From: Candidatus Latescibacterota bacterium
GTDB lineage: Bacteria; Latescibacterota; UBA2968; UBA8231
Length of the DNA: 64,000 bases
Assembly: GCA_965203175.1 (NCBI GenBank)
Contig: OZ241867.1
Span: 384,001 to 448,000 of the forward strand
Direction: 5' to 3'
In this document: piece by piece, positions 38,126-48,335 of the stretch
How the letters are laid out: each line of letters opens with the position of its first letter
How positions within the stretch are numbered: position 1 is the first letter of the stretch
Made by a program: the position numbers and the translations under genes
The notes under the pieces: generated by a model
Seen by the model: the letters and a program-made list of their open reading frames with translations, nothing else
Database searches by the model: none
What the model was told of the DNA's origin: nothing

Positions 38126-39127
38126 ATGGGAAACACTCCACCTGCCGAAGGCATCCGCATCCCAGCCCCTGTCCTGCGCCAACTCACCGCCGACCTCTTC
38201 CAAGAAGCCGGCACCAACTCGGCGGACGCCCAGTTCCTCGCCGACCTCTTGACTGCCACTGACCTGCGCGGCGTCCACAGCCACGGCACCTGGCAGATCC
38301 ACGGGTACGCGCATATGATGCTCGAAGGCCGCGTCAATCCCCGCCCTAATATAAAGGTGACCAGTTCAACCACCACTGCCCGCGTCTATGACGGCGATGG
38401 CGGCATGGGTCACTTTCCCTGCCATCAGGCCATGACTTGGGTAGCTGAGACGGCCGCGGAGTACGGCACAGCCGCAGCGACCACCCGCAATCACTTTCAC
38501 TTCGGCAGCGCCGGCAAGTACTCGCGGATCGCCGCCGCGACTGGCTGCGTGGGGATCGCCGTCTCCTCGCACCGCTACGACCTGCCGCCGGAATCGATAA
38601 TCAAAGGCGTCAACGCCACGTCGCCGATCAGCATCGCCTTTCCCAATGGAGAGCAACCGCCCCTCGTGCTCGACATGGGCGCGCACATGCTGCCCTGGGG
38701 CGAGGAACTCTTCGCGCAGATCCCCTTCGCCTTCTTCAAGGAACTGGGCATCGGCGCAGTAAACCGGGCGCTGGGCGGCGTGCTGGCCGGGATTTACCTG
38801 CCGCAATTTATCCCACCGACATCACCGTGGGAATCCAATCAAGGATCCTTCCTCGCGGCCTTTGACGTGCGCGCGTTTATGCCTTTAGAGGAATTCCAAG
38901 CGCATATGGACGACTTCGTCGCCGCCGCCCGCAACATGCAGCCCTTCCCCGGCCAGGACCGCGCCGAACTGCCCGGCAATCTGGAGTGGCAACGGGAGCG
39001 CGAATACGCCCGCGACGGCGTGCCCATCAGCCCCCAACACCAGCAGCACCTTCAGGAACTAGCCGACGAGCTGGGAGTGACCACTCCTTTCGCCGACTAC
39101 GAACACACCCGCTTTACCGCCCAATAA
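38126..39127 (+). CDS. Ldh_2 family oxidoreductase
   Basis: DLRGVHSHG, DGDGGMG, HFG, LDM. Confidence 0.85.
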   Translation: MGNTPPAEGIRIPAPVLRQLTADLFQEAGTNSADAQFLADLLTATDLRGVHSHGTWQIHGYAHMMLEGRVNPRPNIKVTSSTTTARVYDGDGGMGHFPCHQAMTWVAETAAEYGTAAATTRNHFHFGSAGKYSRIAAATGCVGIAVSSHRYDLPPESIIKGVNATSPISIAFPNGEQPPLVLDMGAHMLPWGEELFAQIPFAFFKELGIGAVNRALGGVLAGIYLPQFIPPTSPWESNQGSFLAAFDVRAFMPLEEFQAHMDDFVAAARNMQPFPGQDRAELPGNLEWQREREYARDGVPISPQHQQHLQELADELGVTTPFADYEHTRFTAQ

Positions 39128-39140
39128 AAAAGAGGAAGAG

Positions 39141-40139
39141 ATGACCCAATCCCGCATCCTGTCCAGCGTCGAGATCGAGTTTCAAGGCCAAAGCCAAGCC
39201 CGCGAGCTTATTGAACGCGCCGGTTTCGCCATTGAGGTCCGGCACCCCCAACCCGGCTGGCCCGACGAGGAAACGCGCGCTAAGCTGGACGGCTTCGACG
39301 CCCTACTGGCCGGCGGCGAAAACCTCAACGCCGCCACCATGGACCAAGCGGCCAACCTCAAGATCATCGCCCGCAACGGCGTCGGCTTCGACAAGGTCGA
39401 CCTCGATTACTGCACCCAGCGCGGCATCGTCGTCACCAATACCCCCGGTGCCATGGCCGACGCAGTGGCCGACCTGACCTTCGCCCTACTCCTCGGAATG
39501 GTGCGCTCGCTCAAGTTAGGCGACCATCGGGTCAAAACGGCAGACGCCTACGACGTTCCGGTCGGCGAAGACCTCTGCGCCATGACCTTGGGGCTGGTCG
39601 GCTGTGGCCGCATCGGCGCCGAAGTCGTGCGCCGCGCCCGCGGCTTCAAGATGCGAGTCCTCGTCCACGACCCCTGGATCGACGACGCGCAAATCCGCGC
39701 CCTCGGTGCCGAGCCTGCCGACCGCGCCGCCCTTTTGTCCCAAGCCGACGCCGTTACCTTGCATCTGCCGCTGACCGAGGACAACCACCACCTCGTCAAT
39801 GCCGAGTTCCTCGGCCTTATGAAAGAGGGAGCCTACCTGATTAACACCGCCCGCGGCGGCTTAGTTGACGAAGCCGCCCTGATCGCCGCGCTCGACAGCG
39901 GCCACTTAGGCGGCGCGGGCCTCGACTGCCAAGCCACCGAGCCGCCGCAAGGCCAGTCCCTCGAACTGGTCCGCCGCGACAAGGTGCTGGCCCTGCCCCA
40001 CACCGGCTCTAGAACCCTAACCGCCCGCAAACGCATGGCCTTCGTCGCCGCGCAGAGCATCGTCGCGCTATTGCAGGGCAAAGTCCCCGATCACGTGGTC
40101 AATAAGGAAGTACTGGATAGGTTGGATTTGGCGGGGTAG
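39141..40139 (+). CDS. D-2-hydroxyacid/phosphoglycerate dehydrogenase family
   Basis: GVGFDKVD, GCGRIG, LINTARGG, LPH. Confidence 0.9.
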   Translation: MTQSRILSSVEIEFQGQSQARELIERAGFAIEVRHPQPGWPDEETRAKLDGFDALLAGGENLNAATMDQAANLKIIARNGVGFDKVDLDYCTQRGIVVTNTPGAMADAVADLTFALLLGMVRSLKLGDHRVKTADAYDVPVGEDLCAMTLGLVGCGRIGAEVVRRARGFKMRVLVHDPWIDDAQIRALGAEPADRAALLSQADAVTLHLPLTEDNHHLVNAEFLGLMKEGAYLINTARGGLVDEAALIAALDSGHLGGAGLDCQATEPPQGQSLELVRRDKVLALPHTGSRTLTARKRMAFVAAQSIVALLQGKVPDHVVNKEVLDRLDLAG

Positions 40140-40198
40140 TGGGCTGACGTAATCTTCTAACCCAGTGTCACAGTGAACTAGAAAAGGATGAAAAAAAG

Positions 40199-40483
40199 AT
40201 GATCTGCTCAACCCTAGATCAATATCTGGACGAAGACCGTGTACCAGCAAAGGAAATCCATGATAAAGTCAGAGAACGCCACGGTGAGTACTATCTAAGC
40301 ACCGGTTATTACCTCCGTCTGTATCGCCAGCGTGCGGAACTGACTCAAGCGACTCTTGCCAAGCGGAGCGGCATCCGTCAACATCATCTATCTGAAATGG
40401 AAAACAATAAACGGGTGTTAGGAAAAGTGAATGCCAAGAAACTAGCGGAGATACTAGACTGTGATTATCGGAAACTGCTATAG
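40199..40483 (+). CDS. XRE-family HTH protein (HigA-like), possibly 5' truncated
   Basis: LRLYRQRAELTQATLAKRSGI.QHHLSEMEN; the frame stays open upstream to 40148 without a start codon. Confidence 0.7.
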   Translation: MICSTLDQYLDEDRVPAKEIHDKVRERHGEYYLSTGYYLRLYRQRAELTQATLAKRSGIRQHHLSEMENNKRVLGKVNAKKLAEILDCDYRKLL

Positions 40484-40498
40484 CGTCGAGTCGAAATA

Positions 40499-41758
40499 TC
40501 ACTCGCCGGCCGCGTAAATCGTCAGCAGCAGTTCCGCATCGTCGAGCAACCGGTATTCCGGTTCCTTGCCGGACAGTCTTTCGCTGTTGCTCAAGATAAT
40601 GGGCACTCCCTCGCCGCGTTTGTCCATCAGGGTCCGGCGCTCTGTGGTCAGCCAAGGCGCGTCGGGCACCGCACACTTGGTCAGCAAGCTGCAAACTGCC
40701 TCATTCCGCGCTGACTGGCGAAATGCCAAGCTCTCGATGGTGATGGTATTCGGGAGTGTCCCTGGCGAATACAACTCTAGTCGGTTCCCAAATAGACGTA
40801 GCCTGATCTTGGAGCCGTATATCGAATAGTCTCGATGCGAGACTGCATTGACGACCGCCTCAAACACCGCCGTCAGGTCGAATTGTGGCACATCTCGCCG
40901 GCCTTGGTCTTTGAAGGCCGCGGTCTTCATGTTTCTGGCAACGAACCGGCAAGCTTCCTCAACCTGACTGTCGAGTGGACCCGCGATGTCGGCCGCGTCG
41001 AGCTGGTACCCGCCGGGCGCGTCTGACTGGATTTGGTCGCCGCGGTAAGCAACGGCCTGGATGTAGGCATTGGGGAGCCAACGACGAGGATCAGCCGAGG
41101 CCATCAACACACCGGCAACCGTCGGTCTGATCGTGCCATCGTCATCCGCACTCGCGATGCCCAGCTTGCGGAGCAATACTTCGCGGTCATCGTCTGAGCG
41201 CGGCGTGCGAAATCGCTCCCAGAGATCTGGCGATAAATCATCCAACCCGGCCATTGATACGGGTTGTTCGTCGAAACGAATAAGGCGCGTCTGGCTGCGC
41301 TGCTGAAACAGTCGGGCGAGGTATTCGGACGACATCGGCCGCTTTGCATTCGCCGTGCGGTGTAGGAACCCACCGGGGCTTCTATGCACGAATAGACTGC
41401 GCGGAACCTCCACCTTGATAACGGCCAACTCCTCCCCAGTGCTTGTGGGCAACCACAAGCGATCGAGGACAACGCTCTCAATAGGCGGGTCAATGGAGTC
41501 TATGCACACCTCTCGAACGAAATCCACCACCGCATCAAGGCGGTCCGTGGGGATGCCGACGACTTCGTGGGTCTGATCCTCAACCCCAAGGACGAACACT
41601 CCCCCGCGGCTATTTGCAAAGGCGGCGAATCCATCGGCGAGCGAATTCCGGTTAGGACCTTTGATCTTTCCACCGGCAAAACGCACCTCCTTGAATTCGA
41701 GGAACGTACTCTCACCCAGCCGAATTTTGTCGAGGAGTTCTTGCGGATTATCAAACAT
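40499..41758 (-). CDS. Schlafen/AlbA_2 domain + HATPase_c_4 protein
   Basis: GESTFLEFK, AFANSRGG...GVED, EAVVNAVSHRDY, SPG, RN. Confidence 0.85.
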   Translation of the reverse strand: MFDNPQELLDKIRLGESTFLEFKEVRFAGGKIKGPNRNSLADGFAAFANSRGGVFVLGVEDQTHEVVGIPTDRLDAVVDFVREVCIDSIDPPIESVVLDRLWLPTSTGEELAVIKVEVPRSLFVHRSPGGFLHRTANAKRPMSSEYLARLFQQRSQTRLIRFDEQPVSMAGLDDLSPDLWERFRTPRSDDDREVLLRKLGIASADDDGTIRPTVAGVLMASADPRRWLPNAYIQAVAYRGDQIQSDAPGGYQLDAADIAGPLDSQVEEACRFVARNMKTAAFKDQGRRDVPQFDLTAVFEAVVNAVSHRDYSIYGSKIRLRLFGNRLELYSPGTLPNTITIESLAFRQSARNEAVCSLLTKCAVPDAPWLTTERRTLMDKRGEGVPIILSNSERLSGKEPEYRLLDDAELLLTIYAAGE

Positions 41759-41769
41759 GATTTATGCCG

Positions 41770-42894
41770 TTAGAAGTAGAGTCCCTGATAAGTCCATTCG
41801 GACTGAAACCCCTGCCGTTTTGCAGTTGACATCAGAGGGTTCAACGTTTCGTGATAGGCGGATTTTAATTTACCACGATCCAGCAAATCCCCTAGCTGCT
41901 CAATATGCAGACCCGTAATGTAAGACTCGACTACCTTTTTCCACTTGTCATTGCTATACCTATTCTGGACTATGGACAGAGCAGTATGCTGAGTTTCAGC
42001 TAAGCGATCAATGTATTTTTTATCGGGAAGTTGATCACTCTTGGAACTATTTGCACCGGGATCAACGGGAATTAGATTCCACAACTGATCGTGGGCAACA
42101 AAACGCCAAGGTAAGAAATGATCTAATTCATAATCGCCACAGATCTTTCTGTCTGTGTATATGCATCGGATCTCTCCCTGATCAATTACAGAGTTCCAGA
42201 ACTTCCGCTGTGCATTAAGAGATTCTCTCTGATCGGGAGGAAACAATTTCTGCGTCACAGCAGGGATATTAGGATTGCGTCGCTGCATATAATCGGCCCA
42301 GTGCCACAGTGCCCAACCCTCAATAATTGCTTGGTGCCGCTCCAAATAAGCGATCCAATCTATATGCAGAAAGATGCGTTCCTTAGATTCGTCAAAATAG
42401 AACAATGGGCATCGTTCCAGAAACTGTTTAGCAGCAAGTTCGGGAATTTTTTGGTCTACCAAGTAATCCGGCATACCTTTGGTTTCGCGGACAAAAAACG
42501 GCCGCAAAATTCGGTTGGGGACATAGCGCATGAAGTTGTAAGTCTGCACTTTCTCATAAGAATCAACAACGATGTGATTGCGCAACGTCTGGCGTCCACT
42601 TTTCGACAGAACGTTTCGATCGTTGTCAGTATCTTGTATCTGTTTCAAAGCCAAAGAAATTTTATCCTGAGTACCAAAAGACAGTTTAAAAAATACATTT
42701 GGATACCAAGCGGTAACCAGCATCTCACTCTCTATATCTCGCAACAGAATACCTTTATCAATAGAGAAGCTTCTTTCCTTTATCAAAGTCAAAAGCGAGA
42801 GAAAAAAGAGATATTTATACGAATTTGTCGTATTCCTAAACAATCCACTCAGTGCTGCGATATCAAGTCGATCTGAATCAGGTAAATAGGACAT
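41770..42894 (-). CDS. HNH endonuclease domain protein, low GC
   Basis: CIYT, DHFLPW, WNLIP and ANSSKSD HNH motifs; N-terminal TTNSYKY. Confidence 0.85.
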   Translation of the reverse strand: MSYLPDSDRLDIAALSGLFRNTTNSYKYLFFLSLLTLIKERSFSIDKGILLRDIESEMLVTAWYPNVFFKLSFGTQDKISLALKQIQDTDNDRNVLSKSGRQTLRNHIVVDSYEKVQTYNFMRYVPNRILRPFFVRETKGMPDYLVDQKIPELAAKQFLERCPLFYFDESKERIFLHIDWIAYLERHQAIIEGWALWHWADYMQRRNPNIPAVTQKLFPPDQRESLNAQRKFWNSVIDQGEIRCIYTDRKICGDYELDHFLPWRFVAHDQLWNLIPVDPGANSSKSDQLPDKKYIDRLAETQHTALSIVQNRYSNDKWKKVVESYITGLHIEQLGDLLDRGKLKSAYHETLNPLMSTAKRQGFQSEWTYQGLYF

Positions 42895-42965
42895 GAGATT
42901 GATTTAGCTATCTTTTTTTTATTGCGATAAGCGCAGTATACGCTGCACCACGCTGGCCAATGCAT

Positions 42966-43739
42966 CTAAGAATCCAGCCCTACCCCCGGCGGCATAAAAA
43001 ATTCGTACTGCTCTGGCGTGCCGTAGCCTTCCATCTCCGTCAGCCGCACCCCCGTGCTGTTGAGCGCCGCCTCGACGATCCGCTTGTTGAAGGAGCTGAC
43101 GTTTTCATCGGCCAGATAGTCGGCCACCGGCATCCACAGACACTCGGCGATCTCGTCCTCTTGGATGCGAATCTCCGTGCTCAGCGGGCGCAGGCGGCAA
43201 ACGAAGTAAATATCCGACTTGCCGAATCGGTAGCCGTGCCAGTGGCGGAAGCAGACCAGCGCGTCGAACTCCGTCTCGACCCCGGTCTCTTCAACAACTT
43301 CGCGCACCACAGCTTCGGCCAAGTGCTCGCCCGCGTGCAACGCGCCGCCGGGCAATTTGTAGCGCGGCGGTCCAGACGCACGCCGATGGTACTTCTCGCT
43401 GACCACCAACAGCTCCCGCGCCTCGTTGAGCACCACCCCACCCGCGCCGATGTAGTGCGAGGCGTGGGCCGGCACATAAGCGCCTTCTTCCAGTTGCAAG
43501 GTCATCATTAGATAGCCATCGGTACTGTGGTGGAATGTAAACCCGGCTTCCACCGCTACGGGGATCAACGCCGCCTTGGCAATCGGAACCTCCAGCCAGA
43601 CGACCCGGTAGCCTTCGTCCTTCCAAGCCGCTAGCGAAATGCGCAGCCGCTCGGTAAAGGCCGTTGGATCTGGCTCAAGAGCCTCTGGTTTGGGAATGAT
43701 GCCGCCGAATGGATTAGTCGTTGCTGCAATGGGTTCCAT
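42966..43739 (-). CDS. NUDIX hydrolase with N-terminal extension
   Basis: PGG...GE...AVVREVVEETG Nudix box. Confidence 0.9.
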   Translation of the reverse strand: MEPIAATTNPFGGIIPKPEALEPDPTAFTERLRISLAAWKDEGYRVVWLEVPIAKAALIPVAVEAGFTFHHSTDGYLMMTLQLEEGAYVPAHASHYIGAGGVVLNEARELLVVSEKYHRRASGPPRYKLPGGALHAGEHLAEAVVREVVEETGVETEFDALVCFRHWHGYRFGKSDIYFVCRLRPLSTEIRIQEDEIAECLWMPVADYLADENVSSFNKRIVEAALNSTGVRLTEMEGYGTPEQYEFFMPPGVGLDS

Positions 43740-43865
43740 ATCCCGCCTCCCTCAATGGCCGCTAGTGATAGCAAACCCCACTGGGCGTGTCAACCCGTCT
43801 AACTTGGCTCGCTGCCAAGCCGTACCCTATACTATCGCCCAACGCAAAAATACGAGGACTAGCCC

Positions 43866-45704
43866 ATGCAACGCACACTGCACAGAAAGCTCATCGGCCC
43901 CAAGGCCCATCGCCAACTCCTCGCCTTCCTCGGCGAGCACCTACCCCACTTCACGCCCCCCACGTCGGCTGCGGCTTGGCGCAAACAAATCCCAACCCTG
44001 CGCGCCCAAGTCCTCGACCTGTTCTTCCGCGGGCACCCCAAGGGTCTCCTCACAGAACAGCCGCAAGTCCACTGGGGCGACCGCATCAAAACCAGTGCCG
44101 GCTACACCATCCGCAAGCTGCGCTACGAGGGCTATCCCGGCCTCTGGGTCCCGGCCCTGCTCTACGAGCCGGACCAACTCGGAGAAAAAGCCCCCGCCGT
44201 CCTCAATCCCAACGGCCACCACGCCGGCGGCAAGGCCATGGACTACAAACAGGCCCGCTGCATCAACCTCGCCAAGCGCGGGATGCTGGCGCTCAATACC
44301 GAATTTCTGGGGATGGGCGAACTACGCGCCGATCTCGACCACAACCGCATCGCTCACCTCGACCTGTGCGGCGTCGCCGGCATCGGCGTGTTCTACCTCT
44401 TGATGAAACGCGGCCTCGACGTGCTGCTCGCCCACCCCAAGGCCGATCCCGAGCGCATAGGGATGACCGGCCTGTCGGGCGGCGGCTGGCAAACGGCTCT
44501 GCTCTCGGCCCTCGACGAGCGCGTCAAAGTCATAGTCCCGGTCGCCGGTCATTCAGCCGTCTGGCAGCGCCGAGGCTGCATCGAGGACATTGGCGATCAA
44601 GAGCAATGCCCAGCCGACCTCTGCACGATTGCCGACTACGACGTGCTCTCCGCGCTCTTTGCTCCGCGTCCGACCTTGCTCATATACAACCGCCACGACG
44701 ACTGCTGCTTCCAGACGCGGCGGGCGCGCAAATCCATCTACGAACCCATCCGACCGGTCTTCGCGCTCCTCGGCGCTCGCGACAACGTCGCCCTCCACGA
44801 CAACACCGACCCCGGCACCCACAACTACGAGCGCGACAACCGCCGCCAACTCTACAAATTCCTCAATCAACACTGGGGATTGGAAACACCAGACGACGAC
44901 CTACCTTACCGCGACGAATTGCAAACCGAAGAAGCCCTAGCCGTCGGCCTGCCCCCCGACAACGCCACCCTGATTTCCATCGCGCAGGCAGCTCTTGGCA
45001 AGATCAGAAAGCGCAAAAGAAAAGCGCGCCCTCCAGCGGCCGCGCGCAAAACACTCGCCTCATTACTCAAGCTGCCGCAGTGGAAGAATCGATCCCTGCA
45101 AAAAGTCGGCACCGCACAAAAGCGCAAAGACGTCACCATCCAACACTACCTACTGCACCTCGACGATACCTGGACTCTGCCGCTAACCGAATACACGCCC
45201 CCACGCCCCCGAGGCACTGAGCTGCTCATCGCCGATGCCGGTCGCAGCGTGCTCGCCGCCCCGCTAGCCACCGCTCTCGCGCAAGGCCGCCGTGTACTCG
45301 TCGCCGACATCTTCGCTACCGGTGAACTCCGCACCGACCCGCGCCACCAGATGCTAGTCGCCACCGCTGGCCAGCGCCCGCTCGGCATCCAAGTCGGCCA
45401 AGTACTCGTGCTGCTGGCAACGGCAAGCCAAAAGAGCCGTGTACTACACCTGACGGCTCACGGCCGTATCTGCCCGATCGTCGCGCTAATCGCCGCCGCG
45501 CTCAAACCCCAAGCCCTCGCCTCGCTGACGACCAACGCCCTCATCGACTCCCTCGGCCGCCTCATCGACTGGCCGCTGGCCTACGACGGTGCCCCGTCCC
45601 TTTACTGCTTTGGCCTGCTAGCCGAATTCGACATCCCCGACCTAATTGCCCTCTCAGCACCCGTGCCGCTCGCCGATCCCCATCGCGGACCGTTGCGCCT
45701 CTGA
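43866..45704 (+). CDS. Alpha/beta hydrolase (acetylxylan esterase-like)
   Basis: NGH, GMTGLSGGG nucleophile elbow, APRP, H. Confidence 0.8.
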   Translation: MQRTLHRKLIGPKAHRQLLAFLGEHLPHFTPPTSAAAWRKQIPTLRAQVLDLFFRGHPKGLLTEQPQVHWGDRIKTSAGYTIRKLRYEGYPGLWVPALLYEPDQLGEKAPAVLNPNGHHAGGKAMDYKQARCINLAKRGMLALNTEFLGMGELRADLDHNRIAHLDLCGVAGIGVFYLLMKRGLDVLLAHPKADPERIGMTGLSGGGWQTALLSALDERVKVIVPVAGHSAVWQRRGCIEDIGDQEQCPADLCTIADYDVLSALFAPRPTLLIYNRHDDCCFQTRRARKSIYEPIRPVFALLGARDNVALHDNTDPGTHNYERDNRRQLYKFLNQHWGLETPDDDLPYRDELQTEEALAVGLPPDNATLISIAQAALGKIRKRKRKARPPAAARKTLASLLKLPQWKNRSLQKVGTAQKRKDVTIQHYLLHLDDTWTLPLTEYTPPRPRGTELLIADAGRSVLAAPLATALAQGRRVLVADIFATGELRTDPRHQMLVATAGQRPLGIQVGQVLVLLATASQKSRVLHLTAHGRICPIVALIAAALKPQALASLTTNALIDSLGRLIDWPLAYDGAPSLYCFGLLAEFDIPDLIALSAPVPLADPHRGPLRL

Positions 45705-45714
45705 AGTACAACCC

Positions 45715-46791
45715 CTATCCATATTTTTCCCGCAGGTACCGCGCCGCCTCCACCTCGTTTTTGAGCTTGGTATAAACCTCGTCGATATCGACCTTCGCCG
45801 CCGATCCGGGAGCGAATCCGCAGTCCGGGTTGAGCACCACCCGCTCGGGTGCCAAGAACTCCAACGCCTGCTCCACCCGCCCGACGATCGTCTCCGGCTC
45901 GTCGACCTCGCCCGGATGCACCCCTACACAACCCAAGCCGATCTCCAAATCCTCGCGCAGCGCCTTAAACACCTCCGCATCCCCTGTGCCCGGACTAGTA
46001 AATTCCATAGTCAGATGGTGTACCTTCAGGCGATTGAGATAGGGGATGATCGGGCCATAGTCGCCGGTGTGACATGCCTCGCCCCGGACCCGGGCACCCG
46101 CGCGGCGGCACAAATGCACGGCCAGGCGCACCCCTGTGGCTCCCTCCACCACCGCATTGGTCATCGCCACCGCAAAGTCGGCTTCGGCCTCGGGGTCGTC
46201 ATATCCGGCTCGCACCTCGTCATCGACGAGCAGACATAGATGCGGATCGTCGATCTGCACGATATCAGCACCAGCCTCACACAATAGCGCCAACTCGCGG
46301 CGCAGAATCGGTACACAAGCCTCGACGAATTCATTGCGGGTCGGATAGGCTCCGCGCGATTGTTCCGCATCCCACATCCGCTCGCCCAATAGCGCTGGCG
46401 CCGGCAAGGTGGCCTTGATTTTGCGCGAGCTAACCCGCTTGAGAAATTCTATTTCCCGCGCGATAAACCCCTCGTCTTTCGGCACCAATTCGCCCGTGAC
46501 AATGGTCCACGGCCTGCCGTCCGCATTCCGGCCCAGCTCAAAGCCATGCGCCAATTCGGCGATCACGCCGATGTACGAGGCGCGCCGCCATTCGCCATCG
46601 GTGATCACGTCCAACCCCGCCGCCTCCTGCAACGCCACCGCATAGGCCACCGCCGCATCCATCACCTGCCCCAACCGTTTGGCGTCCATTGGCCGCTCAC
46701 CCGTCACCGCCTCGCGCACAAAATCTGGTCGCGGCAGCGAGCCGACCACCGCCGCCGGAAAGAGCGTCTCGTAGTGTTGACGCGTCGACAT
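45715..46791 (-). CDS. Cobalamin-independent methionine synthase II family (single-barrel MetE-like)
   Basis: VGSLPRP, TDGEWRR, QIDDP, HLC, E and NPDCG zinc ligands. Confidence 0.88.
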   Translation of the reverse strand: MSTRQHYETLFPAAVVGSLPRPDFVREAVTGERPMDAKRLGQVMDAAVAYAVALQEAAGLDVITDGEWRRASYIGVIAELAHGFELGRNADGRPWTIVTGELVPKDEGFIAREIEFLKRVSSRKIKATLPAPALLGERMWDAEQSRGAYPTRNEFVEACVPILRRELALLCEAGADIVQIDDPHLCLLVDDEVRAGYDDPEAEADFAVAMTNAVVEGATGVRLAVHLCRRAGARVRGEACHTGDYGPIIPYLNRLKVHHLTMEFTSPGTGDAEVFKALREDLEIGLGCVGVHPGEVDEPETIVGRVEQALEFLAPERVVLNPDCGFAPGSAAKVDIDEVYTKLKNEVEAARYLREKYG

Positions 46792-46792
46792 A

Positions 46793-47557
46793 TCAGCCTC
46801 CGTATTCGTCTGACCAGCGCGCATTGGCTAGCGCGACGTCCTCTTCGGTGTCGATTTCCATATACTCGCCATCGGTAGTCACCATGTGCAAGACCGATCC
46901 CGCGTCTATCATTTCCTCGAAGAGATGAATCAGATACGCCTTTTCGAATGGCGTGCCGTCCCTCCAGGTCTGCCCGGCGTACTTTGCCTTCACCCGCTGA
47001 TAATGCGCCCGCAAAGACCGCGCCCCGGCCGCGCCAAACCGCGCCACGCCGATATACTCGCCGCTGGCCGCTGACCCAGGCATAGCGCGGTTGATCGACA
47101 CGACCCGATCGCCCTCGGCCACGACCTTTTCGGCATCGTCTTCGGGGTGCTGGCTGCGATCTACATAGCGCGTACGCCAATCCGTATCAACGCAGAGCGC
47201 GATATCGCCCTCGTGCTCCAGCGCGCGACGCACAACCGCAGGACGGTAGAGGATATCGGAATAGGAACAGACAAAACCATCGGCCATATACTCCTCGGCG
47301 CAAAAGAGCGAAGCCAAGATATTATTGTGCTGCCAGTCGGCGTTGTGGCAATAAGTCAGATGCGGGTAGTCGGCCTGGATCTGCTCGATGCGATAGCCGC
47401 CGACAAAGACCGGCGTCTCTAACCCGACCGCGGCCAGCGCCTCGAGCATCCAGTCGAGAATCCGCCGCCCGCCGATGCGCACATAACACTTGGGCTGCCC
47501 GTCGGTCAGGGCGTTGAGCCGGCTGCCGCGGCCGGCACCGATGATGATGGGGCGCAC
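46793..47557 (-). CDS. NTP transferase (LicC/PntC-like cytidylyltransferase)
   Basis: AGRGSRL...PK, YSDI, GEYIG, EIDTEED; AAGGAG RBS. Confidence 0.82.
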   Translation of the reverse strand: MRPIIIGAGRGSRLNALTDGQPKCYVRIGGRRILDWMLEALAAVGLETPVFVGGYRIEQIQADYPHLTYCHNADWQHNNILASLFCAEEYMADGFVCSYSDILYRPAVVRRALEHEGDIALCVDTDWRTRYVDRSQHPEDDAEKVVAEGDRVVSINRAMPGSAASGEYIGVARFGAAGARSLRAHYQRVKAKYAGQTWRDGTPFEKAYLIHLFEEMIDAGSVLHMVTTDGEYMEIDTEEDVALANARWSDEYGG

Positions 47558-47647
47558 TAGCTCTCCTTTTGTTTTTATGCTTAGACCGGTACGCACAAAA
47601 CGGCCTGCTGATTTCCAGCAGGCCGCTACGTATTCTTACTTACAGCA

Positions 47648-48199
47648 CTAAGCGAATAACGCCGCGACCGCTACCTTCCATCCCGGCACCACCTCCCCAC
47701 CCTCCAACACATCGCCTTCTCTCAATACATCCACAGCATCCGGAGTCCGATGCACCGCCACCGTCCGCTGCTGCGGCTCGACGACAATCACCATCTGCGT
47801 CCCTGCCGCCAACCAATCGGCTACCTTTTCCGCGACCTCCCCGTAGCGGTCCCCCGGCGAAACCACCTCCACCACCAAATCGGGCGCTCCCGGCCAATAG
47901 CCCACCACCCCGCCGACCGCATCCAACCGCGCTTGGCACACGAAAGCTGCATCCGGTGCCCGCACCGTATCCGGGTCCGACGCCAGCCGGAACCCCGTTT
48001 CCGCCGCATAGACCGCTCCCAGTCGGTTCGCCAGCACGTGCTGGCCCAACGATACGGTCACCAACGCGGCAATCTTTCCGTGTTCATTGCCCGCAGGCGT
48101 CATCTTACGCACCTCCCCGCGCACTAGTTCGTAGCGAAACCCGTCGTCCGGTAGTCGCTCTAAGTCCGCCGCTGTGGCAATATGTTCGATAATTGTCAT
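47648..48199 (-). CDS. Uma2 family endonuclease-fold protein
   Basis: YELVRG, RAPDAAFV, APDLVVEVVSP, K..WL..G. Confidence 0.9.
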   Translation of the reverse strand: MTIIEHIATAADLERLPDDGFRYELVRGEVRKMTPAGNEHGKIAALVTVSLGQHVLANRLGAVYAAETGFRLASDPDTVRAPDAAFVCQARLDAVGGVVGYWPGAPDLVVEVVSPGDRYGEVAEKVADWLAAGTQMVIVVEPQQRTVAVHRTPDAVDVLREGDVLEGGEVVPGWKVAVAALFA

Positions 48200-48335
48200 G
48201 GGCTATCGTCCTCACCCCTACGGCTTCAGATGCGAAATACTATACGGAATATACCTGCCGCCTTTTACTGCCACAACCTCAAGTGGAGAGCATTGCCCTA
48301 GCACCTTATATTGAACTATTGCTATCATAGAAAGG

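Noticed and set aside
40188-40201. Poly-A phase variation at the XRE start
   Set aside because: The tract is only 7 A and the reading frame is open through it; 5' truncation explains the layout more simply.
43787-45220. Long alternative-frame ORFs (also 3727-4623, 48866-49864, 6937-7785)
   Set aside because: They are Arg/Pro-rich shadow frames of well-supported genes, as expected in high-GC DNA.
47648-48199. Uma2 protein as a novel defence nuclease
   Set aside because: It is a very common, often multicopy family, and no supporting context or flanking repeats were seen here.
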